Program-made: the position numbers and the translations under genes
IMG/VR virus record: IMGVR_UViG_3300036790_000204
Coordinates: 1 to 42,102 of that record
Source: a virus
Lineage: Duplodnaviria; Heunggongvirae; Uroviricota; Caudoviricetes
Length of the DNA: 42,102 bases
Direction: 5' to 3' (one strand)
The notes under the pieces: generated by a model
Database searches by the model: none
Seen by the model: the letters and a program-made list of their open reading frames with translations, nothing else
Told to the model about the DNA's origin: nothing
In this document: positions 31,904-40,694 of the stretch, in pieces
How positions within the stretch are numbered: position 1 is the stretch's first letter
Layout of the letters: each line of letters opens with the position of its first letter

Positions 31904-33640
31904 ATGCCCGTTCAGGCTCCGCCCGCGACAGCTCGCGAGGGGGTGAAGTCGACGGCGGCGGCGCGGCTGCTCGCCGACCTGATGGGCGTCGGCCCCGACG
32001 TGCGCCGGGAGTTCATCCGCGGGCTGTCGCTCGCCGAACTGCACCAGGTGCTCATCGCCGCGGACCGGGAGATGGGGACGCCGTACGGGCTGTGGGAGGA
32101 CGACCCGGTCGGGTTCATCGAGGATGTGCTGGACGAGTCGCTGTGGTCGGTGCCGAAGCAGATCATGCGGGCGGTGGCGAGGGAAAAGCGGGTCGCGGTC
32201 CCGTCGTGCTTCGGGTCGAGCAAGTCGCACTCGGCGGCGCGGCTGGCGTTGTGGCGGGCGTTCACGAGCCCGGTCGGGCCGACGCTGATCGTGACGCTGG
32301 CGCCGAAGTGGTCGCACGTCCACCGGCAGCTGTGGCCTGAGATACGCCGGGCGCACGCGAAGGCGCAGCTGCCCGGCGTGGTCGACATGGCGCAGCTCAA
32401 GATCCCGTCGCGGACCGGCGTCGACACGGTGGTGGCGTACGGCAAGGCGGTGCAGCCGTGGGATGAGGCGGCCGTGCAAGGGATTCATGCAGCCCGACTT
32501 CTCCTGATTGTTGACGAGGCGGGCGGTATAGGCCATGTGATCGGCCGGAACCTCCGCGGCATGCTCGTCGGCGAGGGAACCGGGATGCTCGCGATCGGCA
32601 ACCCGCCGACCGATGACGAGTCGGGATGGTTCGAGGGGCTGTGCGCGAACCCCGAGGTGACCACGATCCCGATCAGCGCCTACGCCACCCCGAACCTGTC
32701 CGGGGAGGTGGCGCCGCGGTGCAAGTCGTGCCCGCCGGAGATGCCCCCGCATTCGCTCGCGACGCACCTGGTCGACCAGGCGTGGGTAAGCGAGGCGATC
32801 GCCGACAACGGCGCCGACTCCAATTTCGTGACCGCGAAGGTCCACGCCCGGTTCCCGCAGGGCGGCCCCGACCGGTGCATCCCGTCGGCGTGGATCGAGG
32901 GCGCCTGCGACAGCCCCGAACCCGACGTCGAGCCCGGCAAATCGGCGCGGCTGTGCGACCTCGGGCTGCCCGACGAGACCGAGCCGTGGGTCGTGGCGAT
33001 GGGCGCGTGGGTGCGGCTCGGCGTGGACGTCGCCGCGGACGGCGGCGACTCGTTCGCGATCTCCCGGGTGACCGGCGACCTGGTGCAGCGCACCCACGTC
33101 AGCGCGGGCCCGGCCAACGCGAACGCGGTCGACGTCGCCGGCGTGGTGCTGCGGGAGATCCGCCGCGCCGAGAACCTCCGGCGCAGGCTCGGCACCGTGG
33201 CGCGGGTGCGGGTGAAGATCGACGGCATCGGCGTCGGGTGGGGTGTCTGCGGCGTCCTCACCGCGTGGGCGTCGGAGGGCCTCCACGACGCCGAGATCGT
33301 GCCGGTGATCGTGTCGGAGGGCACCGACCTGCCGCCGGACTCGGCGACGCTGCGCCCGTACCGCAAGCGCGATGAGATGTGGCTGGCCGGCCGCGCGCTG
33401 ATGCAGCCGTCCCAGGCGGCGCCGGACGGGCTGATCAGGCTCCGCTGCGGGGGGAAGGTCGCCGCGCAGCTCCGCGGGCCGTCGATGTCGACCAACATGA
33501 CGGGCTACACGGTGATCGAGTCCAAGAAGTCGATGAAGGCACGCGGGCTGCGGTCGCCCGACGAGGCCGAGTCGGCGCTGCTCGGCCTCTACGAGCCGGG
33601 CGCGAAGAAGCGGAAGACGGCGAAGCTGATCAGCTCGTAG
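31904..33640 (+). CDS. terL: Terminase large subunit
   Basis: AVPSCFGSSKS Walker A variant, LIVDEA Walker B, GNP coupling motif, nuclease acidic residues GVDVA..GGD, IDGIG, SPDEAES. Confidence 0.92.
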   Translation: MPVQAPPATAREGVKSTAAARLLADLMGVGPDVRREFIRGLSLAELHQVLIAADREMGTPYGLWEDDPVGFIEDVLDESLWSVPKQIMRAVAREKRVAVPSCFGSSKSHSAARLALWRAFTSPVGPTLIVTLAPKWSHVHRQLWPEIRRAHAKAQLPGVVDMAQLKIPSRTGVDTVVAYGKAVQPWDEAAVQGIHAARLLLIVDEAGGIGHVIGRNLRGMLVGEGTGMLAIGNPPTDDESGWFEGLCANPEVTTIPISAYATPNLSGEVAPRCKSCPPEMPPHSLATHLVDQAWVSEAIADNGADSNFVTAKVHARFPQGGPDRCIPSAWIEGACDSPEPDVEPGKSARLCDLGLPDETEPWVVAMGAWVRLGVDVAADGGDSFAISRVTGDLVQRTHVSAGPANANAVDVAGVVLREIRRAENLRRRLGTVARVRVKIDGIGVGWGVCGVLTAWASEGLHDAEIVPVIVSEGTDLPPDSATLRPYRKRDEMWLAGRALMQPSQAAPDGLIRLRCGGKVAAQLRGPSMSTNMTGYTVIESKKSMKARGLRSPDEAESALLGLYEPGAKKRKTAKLISS

Positions 33641-33655
33641 CAAGGGGGGTTGGCG

Positions 33656-33904
33656 TCAGGAACGCGCCGCGGGGCGCGTCGCCCGACGGCGCCTCACCGC
33701 TCGGGCGCAGCTCACCGCCGCCCCCGCGAGCACTATCGCGACGGCGACCGCGAGCGCCGCCGCGATGACGTAAAGCCAGTAGTCGACAACCGCGGTGATC
33801 ACGCCCGCGACCACGATCACGCCGAGAGCCAGCCCGCACCCGGGGCAGCCGCAGCCGGTCGACACCGTGGCCGGCCCGGCGTGCGCCCCCACCCGAACGC
33901 CCAT
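33656..33904 (-). CDS. Small membrane protein inserted antisense in the head module
   Basis: MGVRVGAHAGP..GCGCPGCG then two hydrophobic helices; GGAGG RBS. Confidence 0.58.
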   Translation of the reverse strand: MGVRVGAHAGPATVSTGCGCPGCGLALGVIVVAGVITAVVDYWLYVIAAALAVAVAIVLAGAAVSCARAVRRRRATRPAARS

Positions 33905-34141
33905 GACAACCCTCCCTGCCGGCGTCGATCGCGCCGACAACTTGACGCTAGCCCCGTGCGCCATGTTGCGAACGGCAGGCGCGCGGACGATCATGAAACT
34001 ACGCACAGCGACATCCACCCCCGGATCGGCTACCCCGGGTGACGGCTCTGCCGCTGGCCCTAGGGAACACGACTCGGCCGCTTACCCACCCCACGGCCGC
34101 CGGGTTCCCCTGACACGCACACGAGGCACTGCGCGCAGGGG

Positions 34142-34771
34142 GTGGTCATGGCGGAAGCCACGGCAACGAAAACAGCAAGACCAGCGGCCAGGACGACGGC
34201 GAAACCACCGGCGAACCCCACGCCCAGACCGGCGGGGCAGGACAACGGGCACAAGTGGGTCGGCGCCGCGACCGTCACCCTCACCCTGCCCCAGGCGAAG
34301 CGCGCGGACCTGCGCGGCTCGATCCGGGTGCCGGAGGAAACCCGCATCGACATCCTCGAGACCTACTGCAGCATGTGCCGCAAGCCGTTCGACGAGGTGG
34401 CCGACGTCGAGTGCGCGCACCGCAGCGACCCTGAGATGTTCCACGGCGGCCCCATCGGGCAGCGCGCAAAACGCACCGGGCACAGTATGCCGGGCCATGA
34501 CTGCGTCAAACTCGGCTGCAACACGGCAGCTGTCTACGCCGCCCGGCGCGAAGAGGCTGCGCGCCGCAACGGGCTTGCGCCTGATGTCCGCAAGGAACAA
34601 ACGGCAGCGCCCGCCCCGCAAGCTCCAGCCAGTCGGAAGACTACGCGGAAAAGCCGCTCCACTGCTCCCCGCAAAACACCGGCGGCACAGCCTGCGGTAA
34701 TACCAGTGTCGCGTGCTCGGGCGAAAAAGGGCAGTCAGCAGCAGAATCCGCTCGTTCTCTTGCTTTGGTGA
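34142..34771 (+). CDS. Zinc-binding phage protein between TerL and portal
   Basis: HKW..ETYCSMCRKP..C..HGGPIG; basic low-complexity termini. Confidence 0.7.
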   Translation: MVMAEATATKTARPAARTTAKPPANPTPRPAGQDNGHKWVGAATVTLTLPQAKRADLRGSIRVPEETRIDILETYCSMCRKPFDEVADVECAHRSDPEMFHGGPIGQRAKRTGHSMPGHDCVKLGCNTAAVYAARREEAARRNGLAPDVRKEQTAAPAPQAPASRKTTRKSRSTAPRKTPAAQPAVIPVSRARAKKGSQQQNPLVLLLW

Positions 34772-34820
34772 AACATCATCGATCCCCTAGCCGCGTCTCG
34801 GCCAGCGATAGAATAACCAC

Positions 34821-35894
34821 ATGGGAGGACGACCGCTAAGCGCAGGCCAGATCGCCGAGGTACTGCGGCTGTACGGAGAAGGCCACTCGCAGGATGAAGT
34901 GGCTCAGATAGTAGGGATCACACAATCGGGTGTATATAGGGTTATGAAGCGGAGCGGTGTGCCCGTGCGCCCTCGGCCTCCCCGCCAGCCGCGTGTTAAG
35001 GTCGCCGCCGCCGAACGCCGACCGCGTCCACGGAAGCTCGGCAACGAACAGGCGCAGCGCGTAGTCGCGCTGTATGCCGAGGGCATGACACTCAAGCAGA
35101 TAGCTCCGAAGGTAGGGGTCAGTTGGAGCACAGTGGGTGAAACCCTTCGGCGGGAAGGGGTGACGTTGCGGGGCATCAAGGCGGCTACGCGGAGACTCGC
35201 TGTTGATGAACACGCCTTCGATGTCATCACCCCGGAATCCGCCTACTGGGCCGGTTTTTTCTTCGCTGACGGAACTATCTACAGAGCGCCGGCGGCCAAC
35301 TCAGATCATGTCTGCATCCACATATCGGAATGCGATCGCAAGCATCTAGAGCAGTTCCGCTCATTTCTGGGTTCCAGCCACACGATATATACGAGCCCGG
35401 CGGCCACATTCGTACGTAATGGGCGTACTTACACAGCAAAACCGACCGTCGAATTCAAGGTAGCTTCCGATGCTCTCGCGGATCGCCTTCGGGCGCTCGG
35501 GCGGTACAGCGGCCCTATAGCGGGAGAGCTCACAAGCTCGCGAGATTTCTGGCGCGGAGCCATAGACGGCGACGGTTCCCTCGGAACTTACCCAAACCCA
35601 TACAAGCCGTTGACGACATACCCGCGTATCGAGCTAGTGGGATCCGGCCGACTCCTAGATGAGTTTCTTGCGTTTCTGGATTCGCACGGCCTTGCCGGCC
35701 GCATGACGGTACGGGAACGCAAGGGAGCGAACATGTCTGTCGTGGGCACTTCCGGAACGCTGGTACCCCAGATCGTCGACCTGCTTTACCGAGACGCCAC
35801 AGTGTCCCTCGACCGCAAGGCGCAGCGTGCCGCCGTGATTATTGGGACGCTAACGCCCCGGCATCGGGAAGACGCCTTCGCCGCCATCGCCTAG
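34821..35894 (+). CDS. Free-standing LAGLIDADG homing endonuclease with two N-terminal HTHs
   Basis: YWAGFFFADG and FWRGAIDGDG motifs; HSQDEVAQIVGITQSGVYR and MTLKQIAPKVGVSWSTV HTHs; lower GC than flanks. Confidence 0.88.
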   Translation: MGGRPLSAGQIAEVLRLYGEGHSQDEVAQIVGITQSGVYRVMKRSGVPVRPRPPRQPRVKVAAAERRPRPRKLGNEQAQRVVALYAEGMTLKQIAPKVGVSWSTVGETLRREGVTLRGIKAATRRLAVDEHAFDVITPESAYWAGFFFADGTIYRAPAANSDHVCIHISECDRKHLEQFRSFLGSSHTIYTSPAATFVRNGRTYTAKPTVEFKVASDALADRLRALGRYSGPIAGELTSSRDFWRGAIDGDGSLGTYPNPYKPLTTYPRIELVGSGRLLDEFLAFLDSHGLAGRMTVRERKGANMSVVGTSGTLVPQIVDLLYRDATVSLDRKAQRAAVIIGTLTPRHREDAFAAIA

Positions 35895-35979
35895 GCGACA
35901 GCGCGCCCTGCGACGTTAGCGGCGCTCCCGGCCTAGCCTGCCCCGCAGACCGCACCACGCGAACCCAGGGGAGGCACTG

Positions 35980-38490
35980 TTGGCCCGGGGCGCTCTCCCG
36001 TCGGCGTTCGCGACGATCACGAAGATCATCCCGCCCGCGTTCCGCCGCCACACGACTCACCCGGCCGAGCAGTCGAGCGAGCTCAAGGTGGTGCTCGGCG
36101 ACTACTACGGGGCGCTCGGCGCGACCGGCCTGTTCGGGCCGAGCCGCTCCCGGCCGTGGCCGGTCGAGCGCGCGGTCGCCGAGGGATACGAGCGGATCAT
36201 CTGGGTTTTCCGCTCCGTCCAGACGATCACCGGCCAGTCGTCCCGGTTGCCGTTCCGCCTTAAGCAGGGCGACCAGGTCCTCGACGACCACCCCTTGTAC
36301 TGGGTGCTGAACAAGCAGGCCAACCCGATGGAGACCGGCCGCCAGTTCCGCACCCGCCTCCTCGCCCAGGTGCTGCTGTCCAAGCGGGGCGCGTTCGTCC
36401 AGATCACCCGGGCGCGGAACGGCGACATCTGCCGCCTCGACCTGCTGCCGCCCGGCCGCACCCGCCCGGTGCCGGGCATCCCGAGACCCGGCATCCCGGC
36501 CGAGCTGATCGACCATTACGAGGTGCTCCGCGCCGACGGGTCACGGGCGTTCATCCCGGCCGAGGAAGTGACGTGGTTCCGCGAGCCGCACCCCACCGAC
36601 CCCTACTCGGGGGTGACGCCGCTCGAGGCCGCGGGCATGTCCGTCGAGCTCGATTTCTTCGCGCGCCTCTACAACCTCACGTTCATGAAGAACGACGGGC
36701 GCCCGGGCGGGATCGTCGGCATCACCGGCGAGATGGACGAAAAGGAGATGAAGAAGCTCGAGGAGACGTTCGGCCGCGGCCCGGCCGAGGCGGGCAAGCT
36801 GACGGTGATCGCCGGCGAAGTCTCCTACGTCGACTCGGTGGTGCGCCCGAGAGACGCCCAGTACGGCACGATGGCCGCAAATTCAAAGGTGGAGATACTC
36901 GACGCCTTCGGAATTGCCGAGACGATGATGGGCAATTCAAGCGGGCGCACATTTGACAATGCTGGCCAAGATGGATTGAACTTCTGGCAGATCACGATGC
37001 CGCCGCATCTCGACATGCTGGTGACCGGGTTCGACGGGATGTCCGACCCGGACCTCGAGGGGTTTTTCGATGTCAGCAGCGTCCCGGCCCTCGCGGCGGC
37101 CGAGGCGGCGAAACGGGCCGAGGCGCGCGGCGAGTTCGGCCAGGGGCTGATCAGCGTGGACGACTACCGGATCGCGACCGGGAAGGAACCCTACGACCTA
37201 CCGGCGACCCGCGCGCTGATCCTCACCGGCGGCACCACCCTCGTGCCCACGTCGGCCGCCGACCAGAAAGCGCTCGGCGGCGCCCTCATCCCTCTCGGCC
37301 AGGCGGCGGCCAGCGCGCAATCACCCGGCGGACCCCCGGCACCCCCGTCGGCCGCCGCGACCGGCGCGCGGCCGCGGTCGGCCATCCCCGCCCCCCGCAA
37401 CGCGGGGAACGGCGCGGGCGCGGGCCCGGGCGGCGACGGCGAGACCGGCGACGACCCCGACGGGGACGCGGACGGCGACGGGAACGGGGACGCCGCGGAA
37501 ACGACCGAGGGTCCGCAGACGAAATCGGCGCCCGTCATCCGCCTCCCGTCCCGCAGCGCCGCACCGGGGCCGCGGCGGCTGATCGCCGCCTGCCAGGTCA
37601 AGGCCATCCCGACTGCGACCGCGCAGCCGTCCCAGGGCACCAGCGGCACGCAGGCAGACGAGAGCGAAGACGCCAGCGGGCCCGCGCAGCAGCAGCAGCT
37701 CGAGGCCGCCCTGTCGGCCGCGCTGACCGCGCTCGCCGCCACGTGGACGGCCCGCACCGCCGCCAGGCTGAGCTCCCCGAAAACCCGCAAGGGCACCCGC
37801 CACTGGCAGCCGGACCCGCAGATGCCCGCAGACACCCGCGCCGGCACTCAGCCGCTCGACCCGACTGACGCCGCCGACCCGGCACGGTGGCAGACAGAGG
37901 CCGAGGACACCGCCCGGCCGCTCCTCACCGCAGCTGCGATCGCCGCCGCCGCGGGGCTCGCCGCGCACCTCGCGCCCGGCACCCCGACCAGCGCGATCAG
38001 CGACGCCGCCGGATCCGCCGTCGGCACGGTCCTCGCGATGATCGGCGCCGCGGCCGCCGGGCTCGCCGACAAGACCGCCATGGCCATCGCGACCGCAGAC
38101 GACGCCGGGCAGCACATGGATGAGATCACCGCGCAGGCCCGCGACGTCATGGACCGCGAAGGCGCCACGTGGGCGGCCGGCGTCGCCGTGCAGGCCGCCA
38201 CGGCGGTGATCAGCGCGGCCCGCGACCTGATCGCATCCGCGATAAGCGCGCTCGACCCGTCGAAGTACATCGTCCGAACCTGGCGCACCCGCCGCGACCT
38301 CCGCGTCCGCGAGGCTCACCGGCTCGCCGAAGGGCAGCGGCAGCCGCCCGGCATGCCGTTCATCGTCGGCGGCGTCCCCCTGCGGTACCCGGGCGACCCC
38401 GCAGGGCCGCCGGAGCTGACCTACAACTGCCGGTGCCACGTCACTCATCGGCTGGGAAGGATCGGGAACGCGTATGCGCAATCGGCCTGA
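35980..38490 (+). CDS. Portal protein fused to MuF (SPP1 gp7-like) head morphogenesis domain
   Basis: HPLYWVLNKQANPMETG..FREPHPTDPYSGVTPLEAA..NDGRPGGI portal; C-terminal RTWRTRRDLRVREAH..PGDP..NCRC MuF. Confidence 0.9.
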   Translation: MARGALPSAFATITKIIPPAFRRHTTHPAEQSSELKVVLGDYYGALGATGLFGPSRSRPWPVERAVAEGYERIIWVFRSVQTITGQSSRLPFRLKQGDQVLDDHPLYWVLNKQANPMETGRQFRTRLLAQVLLSKRGAFVQITRARNGDICRLDLLPPGRTRPVPGIPRPGIPAELIDHYEVLRADGSRAFIPAEEVTWFREPHPTDPYSGVTPLEAAGMSVELDFFARLYNLTFMKNDGRPGGIVGITGEMDEKEMKKLEETFGRGPAEAGKLTVIAGEVSYVDSVVRPRDAQYGTMAANSKVEILDAFGIAETMMGNSSGRTFDNAGQDGLNFWQITMPPHLDMLVTGFDGMSDPDLEGFFDVSSVPALAAAEAAKRAEARGEFGQGLISVDDYRIATGKEPYDLPATRALILTGGTTLVPTSAADQKALGGALIPLGQAAASAQSPGGPPAPPSAAATGARPRSAIPAPRNAGNGAGAGPGGDGETGDDPDGDADGDGNGDAAETTEGPQTKSAPVIRLPSRSAAPGPRRLIAACQVKAIPTATAQPSQGTSGTQADESEDASGPAQQQQLEAALSAALTALAATWTARTAARLSSPKTRKGTRHWQPDPQMPADTRAGTQPLDPTDAADPARWQTEAEDTARPLLTAAAIAAAAGLAAHLAPGTPTSAISDAAGSAVGTVLAMIGAAAAGLADKTAMAIATADDAGQHMDEITAQARDVMDREGATWAAGVAVQAATAVISAARDLIASAISALDPSKYIVRTWRTRRDLRVREAHRLAEGQRQPPGMPFIVGGVPLRYPGDPAGPPELTYNCRCHVTHRLGRIGNAYAQSA

Positions 38491-38749
38491 CACCGGCGAC
38501 TCCGCGCTGATCTCGCTCGACCCGCGGCCTCCTGCCACATACGACGGCCCGATCCGCGACGCAGACGGCGACGCGCCTGCGCCGACGTTCGAGCAACTCG
38601 GGCACACTCCGCTGACATGGGACCACCTGGTGCCGTACGAGCGCGATCAGGGCGGCTACTGGCTGTACCACCCCGGTTGCGATGTCTACGGCAACGGCAA
38701 GATATGGGTCCGCGTCACACCCCCTGCCGATAAGGAAGGCACCACGTGA
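38474..38749 (+). CDS. Hypothetical protein
   Basis: ORF track; ends in AAGGAAGG RBS for the next gene. Confidence 0.55.
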   Translation: MRNRPDTGDSALISLDPRPPATYDGPIRDADGDAPAPTFEQLGHTPLTWDHLVPYERDQGGYWLYHPGCDVYGNGKIWVRVTPPADKEGTT

Positions 38750-39072
38750 CCACGCTGACGGTGTACGTCGCGATTGGCAACAGCGACGACAAGCTGACGC
38801 AGGCACGCTGGAATGAGCTCTGCACCCGTGTGCACCGCGCCGTGTTCGCGTACGCCGAGCAGGTGCACGGCGACTGGCAGTCGATCGGCAGCGCCCCGTA
38901 TCAGAACGCCTGCCTGTGCTTCGAGATCCCCGTCCCCGCGGCCGGGTCGCTGAAACGCGAGCTGGCGATCCTGGCGGCCGAGTTCGGCCAGGACGCGATC
39001 GCGTGGGCCGAGGCCGTGACCGAGTTCATCGGCCCGGCCGCCCCCAAGCTGGCACCTGAGCGCAGCGGGTGA
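38746..39072 (+). CDS. Hypothetical actinophage protein
   Basis: TVYVAIGNSDDKLTQARW..YQNACLCFEI..FGQDAIAWAE. Confidence 0.75.
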   Translation: MTTLTVYVAIGNSDDKLTQARWNELCTRVHRAVFAYAEQVHGDWQSIGSAPYQNACLCFEIPVPAAGSLKRELAILAAEFGQDAIAWAEAVTEFIGPAAPKLAPERSG

Positions 39073-39139
39073 CCTAAACCGCGACCTCCTGCCACGATCG
39101 GCCCGTCAAGCCAAGCGCCCGACCCGGAAGGCCGACCAA

Positions 39140-39649
39140 ATGACCACACCGCCAGAGCCCGGTACCGAGAACAGCCAGCACGGCGCGGTCTACAACGCGG
39201 CCGGCACCCAGCTCACCGCGTCCGCCGCGGCGTCCTACGTCAGCAGCTCCCCGGCGAACGACCCGCTCCTCGTCGTCTTGCAGGACATCTACGAGACCCG
39301 CGTGCCCGACGGCACCGTCTACCCGGCCGAGGAGAAGATCCTCAAGTTCGAAGCCGGGCAGACCGTCGCGACGAGCAAGTGGAACGCCGCGTGGCCGACG
39401 CCAACCGTCACCGCGATCACCCCGGCGACCGGCGCGCACACCGCCACGACCGCGGTCACGGTCACCGGGACGGGCTTCACGCCGGGCACCGCCATGCACG
39501 TCGGGGGCGCCGCGGTCACCAGCGTGACCGTGATCAGCCCGAACGAGCTCACCTGCACCATCCCGACCGGCTCGGCGGGCGCCGCGGACGTCACGATCAC
39601 CACCGACACCGGCACGACCGACCTCGGGAACATCTTCACCTACACCTGA
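39140..39649 (+). CDS. IPT/TIG (Ig-like) domain virion protein
   Basis: PTVTAITPATG..VTVTGTGF..V.VISPNELTCTIP..AGAADVTITT..FTY. Confidence 0.85.
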   Translation: MTTPPEPGTENSQHGAVYNAAGTQLTASAAASYVSSSPANDPLLVVLQDIYETRVPDGTVYPAEEKILKFEAGQTVATSKWNAAWPTPTVTAITPATGAHTATTAVTVTGTGFTPGTAMHVGGAAVTSVTVISPNELTCTIPTGSAGAADVTITTDTGTTDLGNIFTYT

Positions 39650-39833
39650 TCTACCGATGCCGTAAAAGCGGCGCACCTTCGGCAACGTGCGACGGCGTGG
39701 CCCCGTGCCGTAACCCACGGGGCACCCCATCCCCGGTCGTGAATCCCAGCGCGCTTACGCGCCGCGAGACCGGAGGGGCGATGCCAGCGAACGGCCGACG
39801 CCGCCCGGCCCGCGCCACGACGGGGGCACGCCG

Positions 39834-40694
39834 GTGAGCCGGATCTCAGCCATCCCACGCCCGGCAGGCATTCAGGTCAAAGTCGGGCCGAAGGGCTACA
39901 TTCACGGCTGGATATACGTTGGCGTCCCCGTCTACGGCGAGCACGTTCACCACGCGACGCTCGGCCCCGGCGTCGTCACCCACGTCACCGACCACCACGT
40001 GCACGTCCAGTTCCACCGCACCGGCGAGGAACGAATAATCCCCGTCGTCCACGACCCCGAGCACGTGCGGCGCCTCGAGTCGATGTCAGACGACGACATC
40101 TACAAGCACCTCATGTCCCGCGGCGAAGGGCACCACTTCGACCTCGGCGTCGCCGAGCTCGACCGCCGCGACCGCGTCGACAACGAGTCGAAGATCCACG
40201 CCCTGTACGACGAGGCGCCGACCAAGCCGGAAGACCGCGAACGGGTCTACCGCGGGCTGACCGACCTCGGGGAAAACCCCGAGGACGCTTACAACCACGC
40301 CTACGGGCTCCGCACCGACGAGCAGCGCAGGAAAGCCGTGACCGCGCAACTCCGCGAGCAGGGATACGGCACGGGCATCCGCCGCGACGGCACCACCTAC
40401 CAGGCCCGCGGATTCGAGGAACACGCCCGGCTCGCATGGAACGACGACGTCCAGCGCCGCGCCCTCGACGCCGAGAACGAGACGAACGGCTTCCTGACCA
40501 ACCCCGCGGGACGGGCCAAGGGAATCGACGGCTGGGATCTGTTCACCGGCCCCGAGTCGACCGCCCGGAAGTACGCCAGCCCGGAGCTTAAAGAGTACTG
40601 GGACAAGCACGGGCGCCCCACGTTCGACGACTTCACCCACCAGCTTCTCTACGGCCACGGCCGCAGACGACGGCAGGACGACTTCCTCACATGA
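39834..40694 (+). CDS. VKVGPKG-motif head-associated protein with Tudor-like domain and MuF-extension-like C-terminus
   Basis: VKVGPKGYIHGWIYVG; GEHVHHATLGPGVV..VHVQF; AENETNGFL..LFTGPESTARKYASPELKEYW. Confidence 0.75.
   Translation: MSRISAIPRPAGIQVKVGPKGYIHGWIYVGVPVYGEHVHHATLGPGVVTHVTDHHVHVQFHRTGEERIIPVVHDPEHVRRLESMSDDDIYKHLMSRGEGHHFDLGVAELDRRDRVDNESKIHALYDEAPTKPEDRERVYRGLTDLGENPEDAYNHAYGLRTDEQRRKAVTAQLREQGYGTGIRRDGTTYQARGFEEHARLAWNDDVQRRALDAENETNGFLTNPAGRAKGIDGWDLFTGPESTARKYASPELKEYWDKHGRPTFDDFTHQLLYGHGRRRRQDDFLT

Noticed and set aside
31877-33643. 588-aa minus-strand ORF, and likewise 37321-38607 and 40649-41961
   Set aside because: Antisense shadows of terL, portal-MuF and the last ORF
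34490-35960. Group I intron or intein around the LAGLIDADG gene
   Set aside because: The endonuclease has its own start and stop and no interrupted host ORF or splice motifs are recognisable; not excluded without a covariance search
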